Position numbers and translations under genes: made by a program | Part shown: positions 50,051-62,734 of the stretch, piece by piece | Numbering within the stretch: position 1 is the stretch's first letter | Layout of the letters: each line of letters opens with the position of its first letter | The notes under the pieces: model-generated | Databases searched by the model: none | The model's input: the letters and a program-made list of their open reading frames with translations, nothing else | What the model was told of the DNA's origin: nothing | NCBI GenBank assembly: GCA_013239625.1 | Contig: MU053934.1 | Span: forward strand, 1,271,285-1,335,284 | DNA length: 64,000 bases | Direction: 5' to 3' | DNA from: Lama guanicoe | Taxonomy: Eukaryota

Positions 50051-50159
50051 TTGTGACAGAAGGCAATGAAGATAACCCAAGTCCCTGCATGAGGGACAGA
50101 GGGTCTCCTGCATCCTATGTGCAAAGCTGGTTTCCTAAAACACACAGCCCAGGGCTGCT

Positions 50160-50535
50160 CCACCTGAAGGTACCAGCAGCATCACTTGGTCAGAAGATGC
50201 TTCCCTGCCCCATCCTTCAGACTCCGGTCAAGGTCATGTGCTTGCACAGGCCTTCCCTGATGAACCTAGGAAATGTGGTCACATAGGGAGCCACCAGCGT
50301 GAAGTCTCCTCCTTTGCTGTCACTCCATGTTTCTCTCCCTCACGGTGCTTAGCACTGACATGGCTGACCTGCTCGTTATCTGTCACCTCCGCTCGAAATA
50401 ATTCCACGAGGGAAGGGAGTTTGCTGCTCTCTGCCATCCCTGTTAGAATGCGAACTGCATGAGAACAAAGACTTGTTTGGCTCATGAGGCACCTGTAGGA
50501 GTCTCTGGCCCCTAGCAGGTGCTTAAAGAATGAAT
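50160..50535 (+). mobile_element. L2 LINE 3' end (possibly two tandem ends)
   Basis: ttagaatgcgaactgcatgagaacaaagac...tagcaggtgcttaaagaatgaatgg. Confidence 0.65.
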
Positions 50536-52574
50536 GGAGGTGAGGGTCCCTGGCAGGAGAAATGAGGGGCTGTGAAGTAGGAGGACCAGAAGTAAGGACT
50601 AGGAGTCCTGTGCCTTTAGAACAAGCCCCATGTGAGTTCTCATCTCACCTCTGTCCCTTACTCAGTCCAGGACTAGGGGAAAGCCGTTCCCCCCTCCTCA
50701 GATGCCTGGATTCCTCGGCCCCATTGTCAGGGATCCTTTTCCAGATCAAATTTCATAACAGGTATAAGGGTTCTATTTATGACAGGCCTTGGGATGGTGG
50801 AGGCAGCCCTATAAATCCACCAGGGAGGTCAGGCCTGGCAGGAGCCCAGCCAACAGCATACGATCAACATCATGACAAGGTATGAAGTTGAAAGCTCGGC
50901 TCGGCTGGGTTCCAATTCAGGGTCATAGCATCCCGGTTCCGTGGGGAGCTAAGGGAGTCCCTTCTGGGCTGATGGAGCATTGAGAATTGGTACCTGGCAC
51001 GTAACACACAAGAGTTACTGAGTTAACTTCTTGGCCAGTCTGCTGGGGCCTCAGGGCAAGAGAGATTTCTCGTGGGCCTCTGTGTTTTCAAACATGCTAA
51101 TTCCTTTCCGGGAAAAGACTTTCCTGCCCTTTACATGGTGAATTCCTATCTACCCTTCAAAACCCCATTGAAATGCTCCCTTTCTCTGAAAACTACTCTG
51201 ACCACCCCCCAGCAAAGATAGTCACCCCCTCTTCTGTACTTTCATCATAGCGGGAACATGTTTCTACAAATACTTTATCATCTTCCTCATTCAATGAAAA
51301 TTTTCTTAGAGCAGAGCTGGCCTTGTCTCTCTGTAGCCCCAAAGCCCCGCACAGCACTTTGTCCGCACAACACCTAATAAAAACCACCGTTTATTAGGAC
51401 GCACTCCGTTTTCAGGCTCTGTGCTAAGAGCTTTATGTACAATCATTTAATTGAATCCTTACAACAGCCCAATGAGTTAGGTTCTAATAGGATCCCCGTA
51501 TTGCAGCTGAGAAAACTGAATGATGAAAGTAGAATCCACTACATGTCTAATGAGTATGTGTTCAATAAATGGGCAAATGAGGAAGAGCCTGAGTGAAATA
51601 ATTAAGAAGGAGAGGCATTTTTCTATTTTCGCTGTCTTTGTCTTCTAAAAACAGATGATCCCTGGGACATCCTATTAGACTGAAGTGCTCAACATCCGGT
51701 CCTTAGCATCCCTGGCTGCCCATAACGGGTAGAACGTTAAATAGAAAGTATAGAATAAAAAAAATCCCTGGTTACAAGATATCATTCCCAGGCCCCCTAG
51801 AAAGAAAGACAGATCCTTGAAATCTCAGCCTGCAGGCAGATCATTACCTCTTGGAGGGCCACTCGTTCTGGAATTTCTTTCTTTCCATCATGCACCCCCA
51901 CACACACCGGGCCACCTGTCTAATCCTCCATCCTGCTTGTGGATAGATTTGTCTACGATTTGCATTTCTCCTGGCTTGAGTGAGCTGTCCATCTGTGGGT
52001 GTTAATGCACACAAATTTCCTCTCTGACCTTGGTTGGCAAGAGCCTTCAGCAGGAACGCTGTGGCCGCTGTCCTCACAGATTGAAATGGATTTCCTCTTT
52101 TGCTGCTTCTCTCTGAAGCCTTGGGGGGCTGGGAAACAGAAAACTCTTGTGATCACAGCAGATTCGTGGCTGGGGTGTGAGTATAAGAGATTCCGGGCTC
52201 AGTCTCAGAACCACCAGAAGGTGCTGTTGTGATAGCTAATGAACCAGAGATACGAGGTGGGTGAGCTTTGGAGCCCTGACCCCAAACAGGCAGCCCCTTC
52301 TCAGGGACTCCATCCAAACAGACTAAGGTTTCCCCAACCTGCACCTTCCCCGAAGCTGTGTCTTAATTACCCAAGGAGGGCAGAAGAGGTGCTTTCTCAC
52401 AGGTGCTGACTGGAGCCATGGGAATCATTTCAACATGAAAAAGACAAGAAGATGAATGCCTAATATGTTAAGTCCTGCAACAGATTTCTTCATTTGTTTC
52501 AGATCAAGATGGTGTAACTTGGATAACAATAAGATTTTGGCATCTTGGGGAGTCTTGCCAGTTAAATCTCCTCT

Positions 52575-52810
52575 ACTTACAGCTAATATTTATCAGACAC
52601 TCACTCAGGTTAGCCCTGTGCTAAACTCAGTGGGCATGATGTGATAGAAAGTTTTCAACAACCCAAAGAGAAAACAACTGTGAGTACCAGTCTCATTTTA
52701 TAAGTGAGGAAACCAAAGTTCAAATGGCTGGCACTTGGTGTCACATCCATGGGTGGTGGACCATGGATGTGACCCCAGGTCTGTGTGACTCTCACGTCTT
52801 CATGTTTTCC
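52575..52810 (-). mobile_element. MIR SINE containing a perfect 13-bp inverted repeat
   Basis: acagctaatatttatcagacactcac...ctcattttataagtgaggaaaccaaag...cccaggtctgtgtgactc. Confidence 0.75.
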
Positions 52811-53298
52811 TGTCAGAGTAAGTCAAGCCCAGCTTTGGTGGCCAGCCGTCTGACCTGGGGGGCTTAAAAGCCGGGACTCTCAGAGTCACAGAACTATACC
52901 AGGGCTTCTCAGCAAGCTCCATGGATGCAGATGGCAGCCCCCCTTGTGAGGGGCGCCATCCTCAACCGGCAGTCTCAGCAAACAGCCTACCTCCCCCTTC
53001 TCATCACCCAGGAAGTGTCTACCTCTCCCAGCCCCTTCTACATTCTGACTCTCTATGGATTCAGCAGGAGGGAAATCCCTTCCCTTCCAGAAACAACCTG
53101 AGCTGCTAGACCCTTCACTCAGAGTGTCCGTGGATTATTTAAGACCCTTAAAGCCACGACTTGAGCACTTTTACCACACTGGATCCCAGGACAATTGTAC
53201 TTCTCTGGGCCTCGCTTCCTTCCTCAGTGAAACTGGCAACCAGGCTGGATGGATTCTGATAATTTGGTCAGCTTGGGCATTGCCAGCTCTTCAAAAAC

Positions 53299-53503
53299 AC
53301 CACTGCTCGATAGAACTTTCTGCAATGGTAGAAATGTTCTAAATCTGTGCTGTCCAATATGGTGGTCACCAGCCGCATCTGGCTGTGGACCCTTGAAATG
53401 TAGCCTAATGTGATAAGGAATTGAATTGTTAATTTTATATAAGTTTGCTAGATTTCCATTTAAACAGCCACCTGTGGCTAGTGGCTATGATATTGACACT
53501 GCT
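53299..53503 (+). mobile_element. MER3-like hAT-Charlie MITE
   Basis: atagaactttctgcaatggtagaaatgttctaaatctgtgctgtccaatatggtgg...agccacctgtggctagtggcta. Confidence 0.88.
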
Positions 53504-55332
53504 CTACAATCAATGTTAAGGTAAACTCTGGGTCCTACAAGATACGTCCTCTCGTTCTGTATTACCAGAAATATCACTGTAATGACCAACAGGGCACTAA
53601 AGGGGGCTTGAGGGGCTATTAACTCCCCCACAACCTCCATCAGCCATGCAACAAAGACAAGACACCAGGAAAAAAAAAGATGTAAATTTTCTGGAAAAAA
53701 TAAAGTTTCCTTTGCAAATAAGTTTCAAAACTATTTGCTTGGCTGCCATGCATAATTACACTGTGTCCCTAACTCTTCCTCTACACACATTTTGCTGTCA
53801 CCAGAGCCTCTCCCATTGGCTCAACATTTTTTAAAGTTTTCAGTCTTAACAAAGCCCTTATCTCTATGATCCTCACAACAGCTCTCTGAAGCAAGTACCA
53901 TTGTTCCCACTTCATAGATCAAGAAACTGACATTCACAAGATTTAAATGACTTCTGAACCAAAGGAAAATTCCATTCCAGACAATGGGGCTCAAGGCCAG
54001 TTGGCTTATCCTCCCACGCTTGGAATTGATGGAAAACTGGATGAGTGGTCATTTTAAAAAGGTAAGCTCTCTGTACAATTATGGCCTTACTGAATAACAA
54101 AGTGGAGAGAAGCACTCCTGGCTAGACAAGGGGAGGGAAGGAACACATCATACTTGGTATCGTAAGGACCATTTGTGGGGATCTGTTCAATTTCAGTGTT
54201 CTGTGTGACCTCCAGCATGTCTCTTCATCCCTCTGGTCTTAGTCACCTTCTCTGGACAATACAGGTGGGGTACACCAGGTGATCTCTAAGGACCCAGACC
54301 CTAGGGCTTGAGGAATTTATGCTGTGCTTGCTGCTTGCCACATGCCCAGTACTGTCACCAGAGATACAGGGAAGAAGATGGTGGGGCTGCAAGAAGCTTT
54401 GCTGATTGGTCCTCAGCATCCTCAGAGTCACCTGACTTGCAGAGGTGTGTGTGGAGGGGACAGAACAAGGACCTGGGTTTACCATCCTGGCCCTGCCACT
54501 TTGAGCAGTGTAACCTTGAGCAGGTCACATAACCTCTGAACCTAAGTAAAGTCAACCATAAAGTAGCACCACCATCCATCTCAGAGGCTGTGTGAGGACC
54601 ACAGGAGACAACCAAGAAGTGGCTATCAGTGATGCTTGTGCCATGAATGTGCTTCCTTCCTCTTCCTTTTCTCAGCCAACTGAGAGAGAGAGCAACTCTG
54701 GTCTGCCAAGAAGCTCCATCATTGGTTGGATTCACCGCAGGTTCCCACCCACCCTGCTCTACATTCCTACTCTGTGCTTCCAAGCCCTGGTGGATGCCAA
54801 AACTGTATCAGATCCACCAGGTGAGGAAAGAGACAGAGACAAGAAGAGAAACTCAGGCCACCATGATGGGGAGCAAGGGGTCCCTACCAGGATGGGATCC
54901 TTGGCCATATCTTCCCATGTCTTGGCCCAGGCAGGCTGGAAAGTTGCTCTCCTGAAGGATCCACCCAAAGATCCCACTCATACATTATCCTCCAAGCAGA
55001 ACAGCTCCCACAGCTACGAGGAAGAGACATCTGTCCCTCTCCTTCCCACCAACACCCAGAATGAGCCTAATTAGACTGTAACTTTTCTCAGCTGCCATGA
55101 TGATCAGTGCCATGGAAGTACAGCAACAGGGTGGCTCCAGGCACAGATGCGGGCACTTGGCTGGTGTTGAGAGTCTGGAGTCTAACTACAGAGATCCACA
55201 GAGGGTACAGTGAGCTGAGGCCAGGATGGGAACTGGGTTTCTCGAAGGAAGAGAACATTTTTTCAAAATGGGCTGGAAGCCAAGCTAGCTTTGGAAATCT
55301 TATTCCCGAATTTTGGATCTCTCATGAGAAAT

Positions 55333-55770
55333 TATATCAGCCAGGGTCTTGGCAGGAAACAGAAGCTCACTCAGCTGTATTTTGAAGAGATTTTTAATAA
55401 AGGGACTAGGGTGGGCAGGATTCAGAGAACCCACAGGGACCAGCAACAGCAGGAAGCCAGGACCACTCTTAGGCCCCATAGGGCTAGGGGAAAGAAAGTT
55501 ACTATCAGAGTCCATTTAAGAGCTGGAGTCTGGGCCTACATCCACCTACATCCACTGTAAGACGACAGCGAAGCAGGGAGGAGCCAGACACATTCAGACC
55601 CCAACCTCTACTCCTCCCAACCCCTGCCTGACTCCTGCACTGGCTGAACCTAATCAGAAGTCAAAGGTCAAGAGCCCAGCAGGTGCAGTCCAGAGAAGCA
55701 GGCTCCTGGAGCATGGAGCAGGGTGGGGACAAGGTGCGCATGGAGGATATGGGCAGATGAAGAGTATCCT
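55333..55770 (-). mobile_element. Old ERVL-type LTR
   Basis: tatcagccagggtcttggcaggaaacagaagctcactca...tttaataaagggacta...ctggctgaacctaatcagaagtca. Confidence 0.65.
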
Positions 55771-56033
55771 GGTCAGAGGAAAAAAACTCATGGTTTTGGT
55801 AATACTGACTTGGTATCAGATCTCAGTTCTTGCACATATAACAAATTCCTTACCTTTTCTGAATCTCAGTATCTTTGTCTATAATGGTATGTTATCCAGT
55901 TTAGAAAATGAGAAATAATGTTTCCAAAGGGCGTTTGTAGCGGCTGGCACAGGAGAGTTAGACAATCAATGACAAGGAGGTTGCTGGAAAATCACAGGCT
56001 TTGGGATTGAATGCCTAAGAATTTAACCTATCC

Positions 56034-56201
56034 TGGGGGGAGGACAGAGTGCGGTGGTAGAGTGCGTGCTTAGCATGCATGAGGTCCTGGGTTCAGTCCC
56101 CAGTATCTCTTTTAAAAATAAATAAACCTAATTACCCTACCCTACCAAAATTTTTCTTAAAATAATAATTAAATAATAAATAAATAAAATATTTAAAAAA
56201 A
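56034..56201 (+). mobile_element. Camelid Vic-1-type SINE with 16-bp TSD, inserted in a MIR
   Basis: ggtggtagagtgcgtgcttagcatgcatgaggtcctgggttcagtccccag; TSD aagaatttaacctatc (56017-56032) / aagaattttacctgtc (56202-56217), 2 mismatches. Confidence 0.93.
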
Positions 56202-57449
56202 AAGAATTTTACCTGTCTGAATCCCAGCATGTCACCTGTTAAATAGGTATTATAAGAGCACCTGCTTCAGATGGTGGGGTTAACTAACCAAGATCTGTAC
56301 AGTGTCCAGCACAGGCCTATGCAGAGAGAGCCAATAAACTGCTGTTGTTCGTTTTGTTGATAAAGGTTGAGTAGAAAGTTGTCTCTCTGGTATGCCTGAA
56401 GGTGTGTGCTTTCCTCATCTTGACTTTGTTTCCCCTAACAGGGGCTCTTGAACTTGGATTTCAGTGGTCCCTATTCAGCAGGAACTCTACCGCACTTGTG
56501 ATTCTCTCCAAGTTCAGACTCACAAGCTCTGAGGAGGACCTTCAATCTTCCCATAGACTTGGCTCCCGCCGTCCACAATCCAGCTCTTCCTCCACTCGGG
56601 GAGAAGAGTGGTACTTAGCTGGTGGATGACAGAAAGAGCCCCAGCTGGATGAAAAGAACTTTAGCAGTTCCATGTCCAGTGACAAAGGTGATGACTTCCC
56701 TAAATCATAATGAAGCTGAGTACACAGCTTGGAAAACCTGGACTTTGATGATCCTTTTCTGGTTGAACAAATGACTGTGCTCTGACCCAGGCTCACACTC
56801 AACCACGAGCACCTGGAGGGATAGGATGCTCTTGCCCAAATTACTGCCCTAGCATTTATCACAGGATGTGCCAGGCACTGAGTATAGTCACTGAACAAAG
56901 CAGATATAGTTCATGCCCTCATGATGCTCACAGACTGGCAGAGAAGCAAGGAATTTTGTAAGTAATCATAAATGTTATAGCTGTTATGAAAGGTAACATA
57001 GGAGATCCATCGCCAGCTAGGATTCACAAGGTTGCAAAGGATCCTTGTTTCCATCATTAGTAGAAGAGACGATTAGATAAACTAAAGTCACCAAAGAGGG
57101 TGGATGCCAAGAAGTTTAAACGAACCAAATTTCAGGGAGGAACAAGCCCTTCATTGGTGAGGGAAGAGCACCTTCTGTTCTCATACCTGGGGCGGATGAC
57201 CTGATCTGGGTTTGTGTAGGCAGAAAAATAGACCTATCACAGGCAGAAGAACTTTGCTGAAACAAGGATAAACCAGCAAACTTTTAGTGACAGTGTGGGC
57301 TGGTGTGACAGATTGGAATCTAGCAGAGTCCAAATGCAATGATAAATCTCTTGGCCAAACAGTTCTCCCCGACAGGAATTGTGCTGAGTAAGTAGTTGTG
57401 GAGGCGGAGCTGGAAAGCAAAGGCGGAAATTGCAATTTTGTGTAGTACT

Positions 57450-58330
57450 TAGGTTGAATCTAGAGATGAATTAAAACTAACAGAGGCTGAAAATCAAATC
57501 CCTCCTAGCTCATAATCTGATAATATCAAAGGACCAGTCCCTCCACAGTGGCAGCATAGGATTTGGGGATGAAGGACAAAGAGGGATCTCTGTTATCTCA
57601 TTTGAAACCAGAGGTAAACTAAAACTAGTTAAAGTTTCACTTTAGCCTAGCTCAGCTTGAACATAATGGAATCTCAATGGTCAGCCTCTCACCCTAACTT
57701 CCTAACAGAGAAATAGATGTGCCCTCTCTTGGGGGTGAAGGGAGATGATAGATAGATAGACAGATAGACAGACAGACAGACAGACAAGAGATTCTAGTTC
57801 AGTCTCTACTGTTTTTTTAATCAAAATATGCAACACACAATTAAAAATTGTAAGACAAAGAAGCAGGAAAATATGACCTGTAATCAAGAGAAAAGACAGT
57901 CAATGTAGATAGACCTACAGATGACCTAGACGTGAGAATGAGCAAACAAGGACTTTCAGATAATTATTACAAATGTGTGAAAGAATTTTGGAAGAAAGTA
58001 TATGCAGAACAAGTAGACAGATAGGGAATTTTAGAAAATAAAGGAAAGATTGATAAGAAGAACCAATGGCAATAAAAAACTTAAAAAGAACTAATGGGAA
58101 ATTCTAGAACTTGAAAATACAATATTTGAAACGCGTAATTCAGTGAATGGAATTAAAGCAAACTGGATTCAGCGGAAGAATCAATCAGAGAGCCATCAAT
58201 ATAAAATACCCAAAGCACTAAGAAAATAAGCTATGGGGGGGAGAGAGAGAGAGAGAATTGCAATATAAGATCCAATGATCTAACATACTTACAATTGAAA
58301 AAGTAAAGTATAATTACTATGGGAGTATGT
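57450..58330 (+). mobile_element. Ancient LINE-1/HAL1-type 5' and ORF1 region, degraded
   Basis: A-rich aagaagcaggaaaatatgacctgtaatcaagagaaaagacagtcaat...aaattctagaacttgaaaatacaatatttgaaa, typical of old L1 ORF1 coiled-coil coding sequence. Confidence 0.7.
57746..57786. repeat. Compound (GATA)n/(GACA)n tetranucleotide repeat
   Basis: Direct reading. Confidence 0.9.
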
Positions 58331-58349
58331 AATCCACAAAGGTGTTCTC

Positions 58350-58715
58350 ATCTCAGGTCTTTAAAAATGCTGTTCTCTGTACCTGGAACCCAGAGAGTCA
58401 CATGGACCATTCCCTCACATCCTTCAGGGTTTGGCTCAAAGGTCTCCATCTCAGTGAGGTCATCCTTGACCACCCTGTACAAAATTTACGTTTGCCTCCT
58501 CTCCCATTCATAGCTGGACTTTCTCCTCCCCCATGTGTTTTTTCCTTAGCCCTTATTATTTATAAACTATATATTCTATGTATTTTTATTGTTGGCTACT
58601 TCTCTCCTCTCCTAGAACATATGTTCCTTGAGGGCAGGAATTCTTACCGATTTTGTTCGCTGTTGAATCTCCAGCACCTAGAACACAGTAGGCTCTCAAT
58701 AAATATCACTGATCA
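58350..58715 (+). mobile_element. L2 LINE 3' end
   Basis: ctcaaaggtctccatctcagtgagg...ctagaacatatgttccttgagggcagg...ccagcacctagaacacagtaggctctcaataaatat. Confidence 0.85.
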
Positions 58716-59119
58716 AGCAACAATGAGATTTAAATCTGCTCAAAAGTAAAATAAAGGAAAAAAAGCATGACCAGTGATCCTCATTGGTTTATCATCAGAA
58801 TTTCCACTACCAAGATATCTCCATGAAATGCACGTGAAGAACAGAGAGGCTCCTGAAGTAAACGAGGAGAGTGATGGGCATCAGGGAAGATGGAAGGTCA
58901 GGCCAGAGAGGGAGGAAGCCTCCAGGTACAAAGGGAAAAGGACCAAAGGCTAATGATCGAGATCTATTTCTGATTCCATCACTCACTGGTCATGTGAACT
59001 TGGTGCTGGTCACTTTGAAGAAACAGACTTGCGGAATTTGTCTGTAAGTAAAAGAGAATTTCTTAAAAAGTAAAAGGAGGCATGAAAAAGGAGCATTTGA
59101 CTGTACTGGAAAGAGGAGT

Positions 59120-59628
59120 ATATTAAGCAAGTCACTTCTGAATGCAAGTGAATCCAAAATGGCCCTAGAAAAATAGATAACGTATTGGTTCACGTAACTG
59201 AAAAGTGCAGGGTTTTATGCTTCAGGCATGACTGGATCTAGTTGCTGAAAAGATAGTGCAAGAAATGTTCTCTCTTTGTCTCTGGGTTCAATTTTCTCTA
59301 TGAGTTTCATTCTCCAGCAAGCTTTCTCCAGGGGGTAGCAAAGAAGGACCCAGGATCTTCAGTTTTGTGTGCCTTCAGCTTAGCCACTCCAGGAGGAGAA
59401 CTCCCAGTGCTAGGCTCACTGGCCAGGCTCCTAGTTAATTCCTGAATGGATTCACTGTGACCAGGGAGATATAGAGGACTGATTGGTCGGGGCTGGGTCA
59501 TGTGACCACCCTTGGAATTGGACTATAGGTTCACTCCTACCAAACCACATGGCCTGAGAGTGGGGGTTCTTCAAAGGGAAACCAAGGTATAATTTCTAGA
59601 AGAGGAAATTCTGGGCAGATAAAGACAC
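59120..59628 (-). mobile_element. Old MaLR LTR (MLT1K-like)
   Basis: attggttcacgtaactgaaaagt...gcttcaggcatgactggatc...tgattggtcggggctgggtcatgtgaccacc. Confidence 0.75.
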
Positions 59629-60394
59629 ATTTATTTATGTGTGCATCATCTGGAATGTAGGAACAGGGCAAGCAAGAGTGTACCGAGTGAATGCTTGCAG
59701 CCAGGGAGAACATGAAGCAGCTTAGTTTAAAAAAAAAAAAGAGTTCTATGCAGTTGGAAAGAGAGAGAAAGGAATGACAAGAAATGGGAAGGTAAACAGG
59801 TCAAACCCTGTGAGCCATAGACACCAAGTCTAGAAGTTTGGATGTAATACCAAAAGCAAAGGGAAGCCCTTGAAACATTCCTAGCAGGAGATTTAAAGGG
59901 TTAACCAGTTTTAAAGAGACCCCACTAACTACCCTATTTTGAATGCATCAGACAGGAATAGGACTGGAGCTGGCCGCCCATGAGGTATTACCATTGTTCA
60001 CAGGAGAGAGATGATGGAATCTGTGAAGGTGACAGTGGGGGTGGAGAAAGTAAAAAGATTTGACAGACAATCGAGATACAATTTGAGCATTCTCTAAACA
60101 GATCAGAATTTACTGGTAGCTTTCAAAGCGTTTACCTGCCAAATCTCCAAGCTGTCTGCCACTTCTCTGCTCTTCCTCCTTGGATTGTTAAGACATCCTG
60201 GTAGGAAGGCAATGTGGTACCCACCTCCTTCCCTTCCCCCTTTCCTCCCCCAACCTCACTCCAAGGCAGATCCAGCCATGCTTCTTCCAGCAGTGGGTCC
60301 CTGCTGTGAAATCTATATGTAGATGAGCTCTATAAATTTGCGTAAGGGACGTGAGCTCATACGGGTACCACCTAGGGCAAGCGCAGTGCCCTAG

Positions 60395-60595
60395 AGTCAA
60401 ATGGAGCCAGGTTTTGTTCCTGCCTTGTTACTTATTAGCTGTGGGCCCTTGAGCAAGTTACTTAACCTCTCTGAACCTCTGTTTCCACATTTGAAAAATG
60501 AATAGATTACATAAGCTCACAGAGTACTTATGAGATTTAAATGACTGTGCTTGTGAAGACCGGGACAGCAGCTGGCACACAGAATGAGCCCAACT
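60395..60595 (+). mobile_element. MIR SINE
   Basis: cttattagctgtgggcccttgagcaagttacttaacctctctgaacctctgtttccacatttgaaaaatg. Confidence 0.88.
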
Positions 60596-61790
60596 GAGAT
60601 GGGTCCCATTCCCCCAAGTCCTTCTTCCATAGGTGCCCAAAGACCCATTTGCACCCATTTTCCTTTCTGACAGCAATCCTTCATCATGCCGCAGTTTTAT
60701 AATAGAATTTTGATAAATTATATGCAAATAATCAAGTCATCTAATTCATTACATTTGGCTTCAGTGACAAGTACTAACTGTTCCAAGCCTCCTGGCAGGA
60801 CACTGCATCTGTTAGGGAGCCTCAGGCTACTGGTTAGGCCCTACTGGGCCATGCGTTCCTTTGTCTGGGCTAATAAGGATGAGATGGCACTTAGAAAGCA
60901 GAAGTCAGACATACCTCTTTGACCATCGGGGCACTGGTTAGACCCCTAAACATTAGGAAATTACTACCGTTCCCCAGAAACACGTAGCTCTGCACTGCCT
61001 ATTTATTCTCACACACAGTACTTGCTCAGTGCTAGACATCCCACTACAACTAGGGATTACAAAGTACGGGGGAAATAAGAAAAAATAACTCGAGTGGGGC
61101 TAACCTATGACTTGTTTCTAACCAATAGAATACAGCAAAAGTGATGAGACAGACAGGTTACATATAAGCGATTATGTGATGGTGTTACATTCGATTATAT
61201 CGCCCCTCTTGGTGGAATCTCTTAATCTCTTGCTAATTTTGAGCAAGCAAACAGCCCCATTAGGGCATGCCATCTGGCCGGGAACTACAGGCAGTATTTA
61301 CGACTCACAGTGCAATATGAAATACTCTTAAAAGAGACGGAGAGACGGAGAGACAGAGACAGATAGAAGCAACTTGATGTTATGGAAACTTGGAGCTAAG
61401 CCTCAGCTCTGCCCTTTATTAGGATCCAGATTTATTTACTTAACCTTCTCTGAGCATCAGTTTTCTCACATTTAAATTTGAGAAAATAACTTAATCGCTC
61501 AGTGCCTCAGTTTCCTCACCTATTAAATGGAAATAATATCTCCACCCTCAAAATTTCCTGTGAAGGTGAGATAATTCAGGAAAATAAGATGCTTATCATA
61601 ATATTTGGTACATACCAGATTCTATAATATCAGTTATTGCTGTTACTTATTATCACTACTATCGTAAGTTGTTGGGGCTCAAAAGGAGTTGGAAGTACTT
61701 TATAAAGTATAATGAGTTTTTCAATATGTAGCAAATAGTTGTTATACAACCCAAGAGTTTTGGAAGCTGAGAATAAGAATGGATTGATTC

Positions 61791-62734
61791 TATCAAAAAA
61801 TGGGCAGAAGACCTAAACAGACATTTCTCCAGTGAAGACATAAAAATGGCCAATAGGCACATGAAAAAATGCTCAGTATCGCTAATTCAGAGAAATGCAA
61901 ATCAAAACTACAATGAGGTATCACCTCACACCAGTCAGAATGGCCATCATTCAAAAGTCCACAAACGATAAATGCTGGAGAGGGTGTGCAGAAAAGGGAA
62001 CCCTCCTACACTACTGGTGGGAATACAGTTTGGTGAAGCCACTGTGGAACACAATATGGAGATTCCTCAAAAAACTAAAAATAGACCTGCCATATGATCC
62101 AGCAATCCCACTTCTGGGTATATATCCAGAGGAAATTCTAATTCGAAAAGACACCTGCACCCCAATGTACTTAGCAGCACCATTTACAATAGCCAAGCCA
62201 TGGAAGTAACCTAAATGTCCCACAACAGATGACTGGATGAAGAAGATGTGGTATATATACACAATGGAATACTACTCAGCCATAAAAACCGACAACATAA
62301 CGCCATTTGCAGCAACATGGATGCTCCTGGAGAATGTCATTCTAAGCGAAGTAAGCCAGAAAGAGAAAGAAAAATACCATATGATATCACTTACATGTGG
62401 AATCTAGAAAAATGATGCAAATGAACTTACTTACAAAACAGAAAAAGACACACAGATATAGAAAACAAACTTGCAGTTACCAGGGGAAGGGTGGGCAATG
62501 GAGGGATAAAGTGGGAGTTCAGGATTTGCAGATACTATTATACATAAAATAGGTAAACAGTAGGGTCTTACTGTATAGCACAGGGAACTATATTCAGTAC
62601 CCCATAATGGCCTATAATGAAAAAGAATATGAAAAGGAATATATATATATAACTGAATAAATGCTGCATGTCAGAAATTAACACACTGTAAACCAACTAT
62701 ACTTCAATTAATTAATTAATTAATTTTTAAAAAA
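61791..62734 (+). mobile_element. 5'-truncated LINE-1 (ORF2 C-terminal region plus 3' UTR), disabled and mosaic
   Basis: [13 protein letters not shown]...[21 protein letters not shown]...KCWRGC; apparent frameshift near 61885 and stop at 62207-62209; 3' UTR of the 38283-type; no clear TSD. Confidence 0.95.

Noticed and set aside
54786..54821. 10-bp perfect inverted repeat cctggtggat/atccaccagg with 16-nt loop
   Set aside because: About one such stem is expected by chance in 64 kb, and there is no further support.
54592..55074. 160-aa ORF and overlapping ORFs
   Set aside because: Begins at a GTG inside a MIR, resembles no protein I know, and has similar-sized ORFs in several frames.
56410..56700. 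Strong-looking plus-strand splice acceptor (tttgtttcccctaacag at 56441)
   Set aside because: No convincing donor, stops in all frames downstream, and no recognisable peptide.
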